A program made the position numbers and the translations under genes. From Amphiscolops sp. MND2022 (Eukaryota), in the NCBI GenBank assembly GCA_964187785.1, contig OZ076409.1, positions 57,662,001 to 57,726,000 of the forward strand: a DNA stretch of 64,000 nucleotides. The letters run 5' to 3'. The notes below the pieces were generated by a model, which was not told where the DNA came from, did not search any database, and saw nothing but the letters and a program-made list of their open reading frames with translations. The stretch's first letter is position 1, and each line of letters begins with the position of its first letter. Below, piece after piece: positions 62,506 to 64,000 of this stretch.

Positions 62506-64000
62506 CATAGAATCATGTTACGTCATCACCATATATGGTACGACTCACGTCATGGACTCTTGGAATTTCCATGCATTTCAAGGAATCTGGCGCTACTGGT
62601 ATTTTGTATGTAAATTAACCTGTTCATAGCCTTTATATACGGGGTGCTCAACCTATGATGCATCAATTCAGATCAAATAATATTCAATACAATATTCACT
62701 TCTACAATCATCTTCAATCGCAATCCTGCTCATAATCCTAGAGGTTATGGGCCCAGTCTAACAACTCTCAGACGTGCTCAACTTGTGGAAGACGTGCCTG
62801 GCTCAATCTAGACGAACTGGCTTCCAAGATGGATTTCAAGCTTGCCCAATTCAGTGGAAAGGCGGAGGACTTCCCCACTTGGAGCACGAAGTTTGTGGCA
62901 TTCATGCAGACGAAGGGACTGTTAAGTGCTGTGATGGGTCAAGACGATACTCCAGATGAATTGGAGCAACTGGTTGACGGGGCAACTGCAGAGCAGATGT
63001 CAGAACACGAAACCTAAGTGGCTGAGGGGGAGAAGATCATGAAGGGCATCAAGAATCGCAACAATGAAGTCTGGTGCAATCTGGTTCTGGTACTGGACAA
63101 CACTACTCTGATGTGCCTTCGCAGTGACTGCTTCAATCAGAGGACTGGTTTTGGAGATGGAGCTCTGGCGTGGAAGATTCTATTGGAACGCTTCAACTCT
63201 TCTGAGAGGCCGAGAGTGGTCAGTCTTGTGGGACAGCTGGCCAAACTCCGCCTAGGTCCAACCGAGAAACTAGATGACTACTTCGTCAGAAGTCAAGAGC
63301 TGATGACCAGGCTTAGCGATGCTGGTGAACGGGTCTCGGACACACTCTTCAATGCTCTGGTAATCAATGGCCTCCCCGAGCAATACGAGCATATTGTGGT
63401 CCAGGAGAGCTTTCAACCTGCAACAACGTTCCAGGAGCTCAGAACAAGGTTACGCAATTTCGAAGACGCGAAACGGCTGAGGCGAGAGGAGCAGCAGACT
63501 GGCAATCATGTAACGATGCATGGGCTGAGGAAGGGCAATTCACGCGATGCGAAGAAGGGTGGTGCTGGACACAAAGCTCAGAGGAAGAAGGGCATTGACC
63601 ACATTACGTGCTATAGATGTGAGAAAAAGGGGCACTATCAGCGGGACTGCAAGGAACCTGAGAGCTCAAGCAGTGCAAAGACGTTTTCAGCCTCAAGGTC
63701 TGGCTGGAAACTGGAGTCCTCATTTGTAGTGGACTCAGGTTGCACTGATCACGTGGTCTACGACAGGTCTCTCTTCACGACGTTTGAGGCATCCAACACT
63801 GGAGAGGGTGTGGTCAACCCGAATGGCTCTCTCGCAGACGTGAAGGGAAAGGGCACTGTGGAGGCGTCCATTACTGATGTCAACGGCATTGAGCGAATGT
63901 ACAAATTCCACGACGTTTTGTTCGTCCCAAGCTACAATGTGAACCTGATGAGTGTCAGTAGGGCGGAGGCGAAGGGCAACACTTTCATCTTCACGAGTGG
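62506..64000 (+). mobile_element. Ty1/Copia LTR retrotransposon, 5' part (runs off the window)
   Basis: PBS GGTTATGGGCCCAG at 62743-62756; gag from 62829 (FSGKAEDFPTW, AWKILLERF, NGLPEQY) with one stop at 63015-63017; knuckle CYRCEKKGHYQRDC; protease VVDSGCTDH..DVLFVP..NLMSVS. 5' LTR start is approximate. Confidence 0.92.

Overview
AT-rich, repeat-dense animal (invertebrate-like) genomic DNA; no prokaryotic genes, CRISPR arrays or rRNA. The only host gene I can support is a minus-strand class A aminergic GPCR. Its three visible coding exons (61166-60947, 36513-36411, 5826-5673; TM1 to ECL2) join in frame across GT-AG introns of about 24.4 kb and 30.6 kb, and both ends of the gene appear to lie outside the window. 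The introns are filled with transposons: two full-length Ty3/Gypsy LTR elements with 5-bp TSDs (one recent, one decayed with a WLDD RT motif), an internally deleted BEL/Pao element nested in a LINE 3' end, a 5'-truncated CR1/L2-group LINE, decayed MULE and Tc1 transposases, and the start of a Copia element. There are also many non-autonomous elements: at least two Helentron/Helitron2-like (HINE/DINE-like) families, one often carrying a tRNA-like A/B-box segment, and CCC...GGG TIR elements with variable 2-bp TSDs. All alignments were done by eye; family assignments rest on motif recognition, not database searches.
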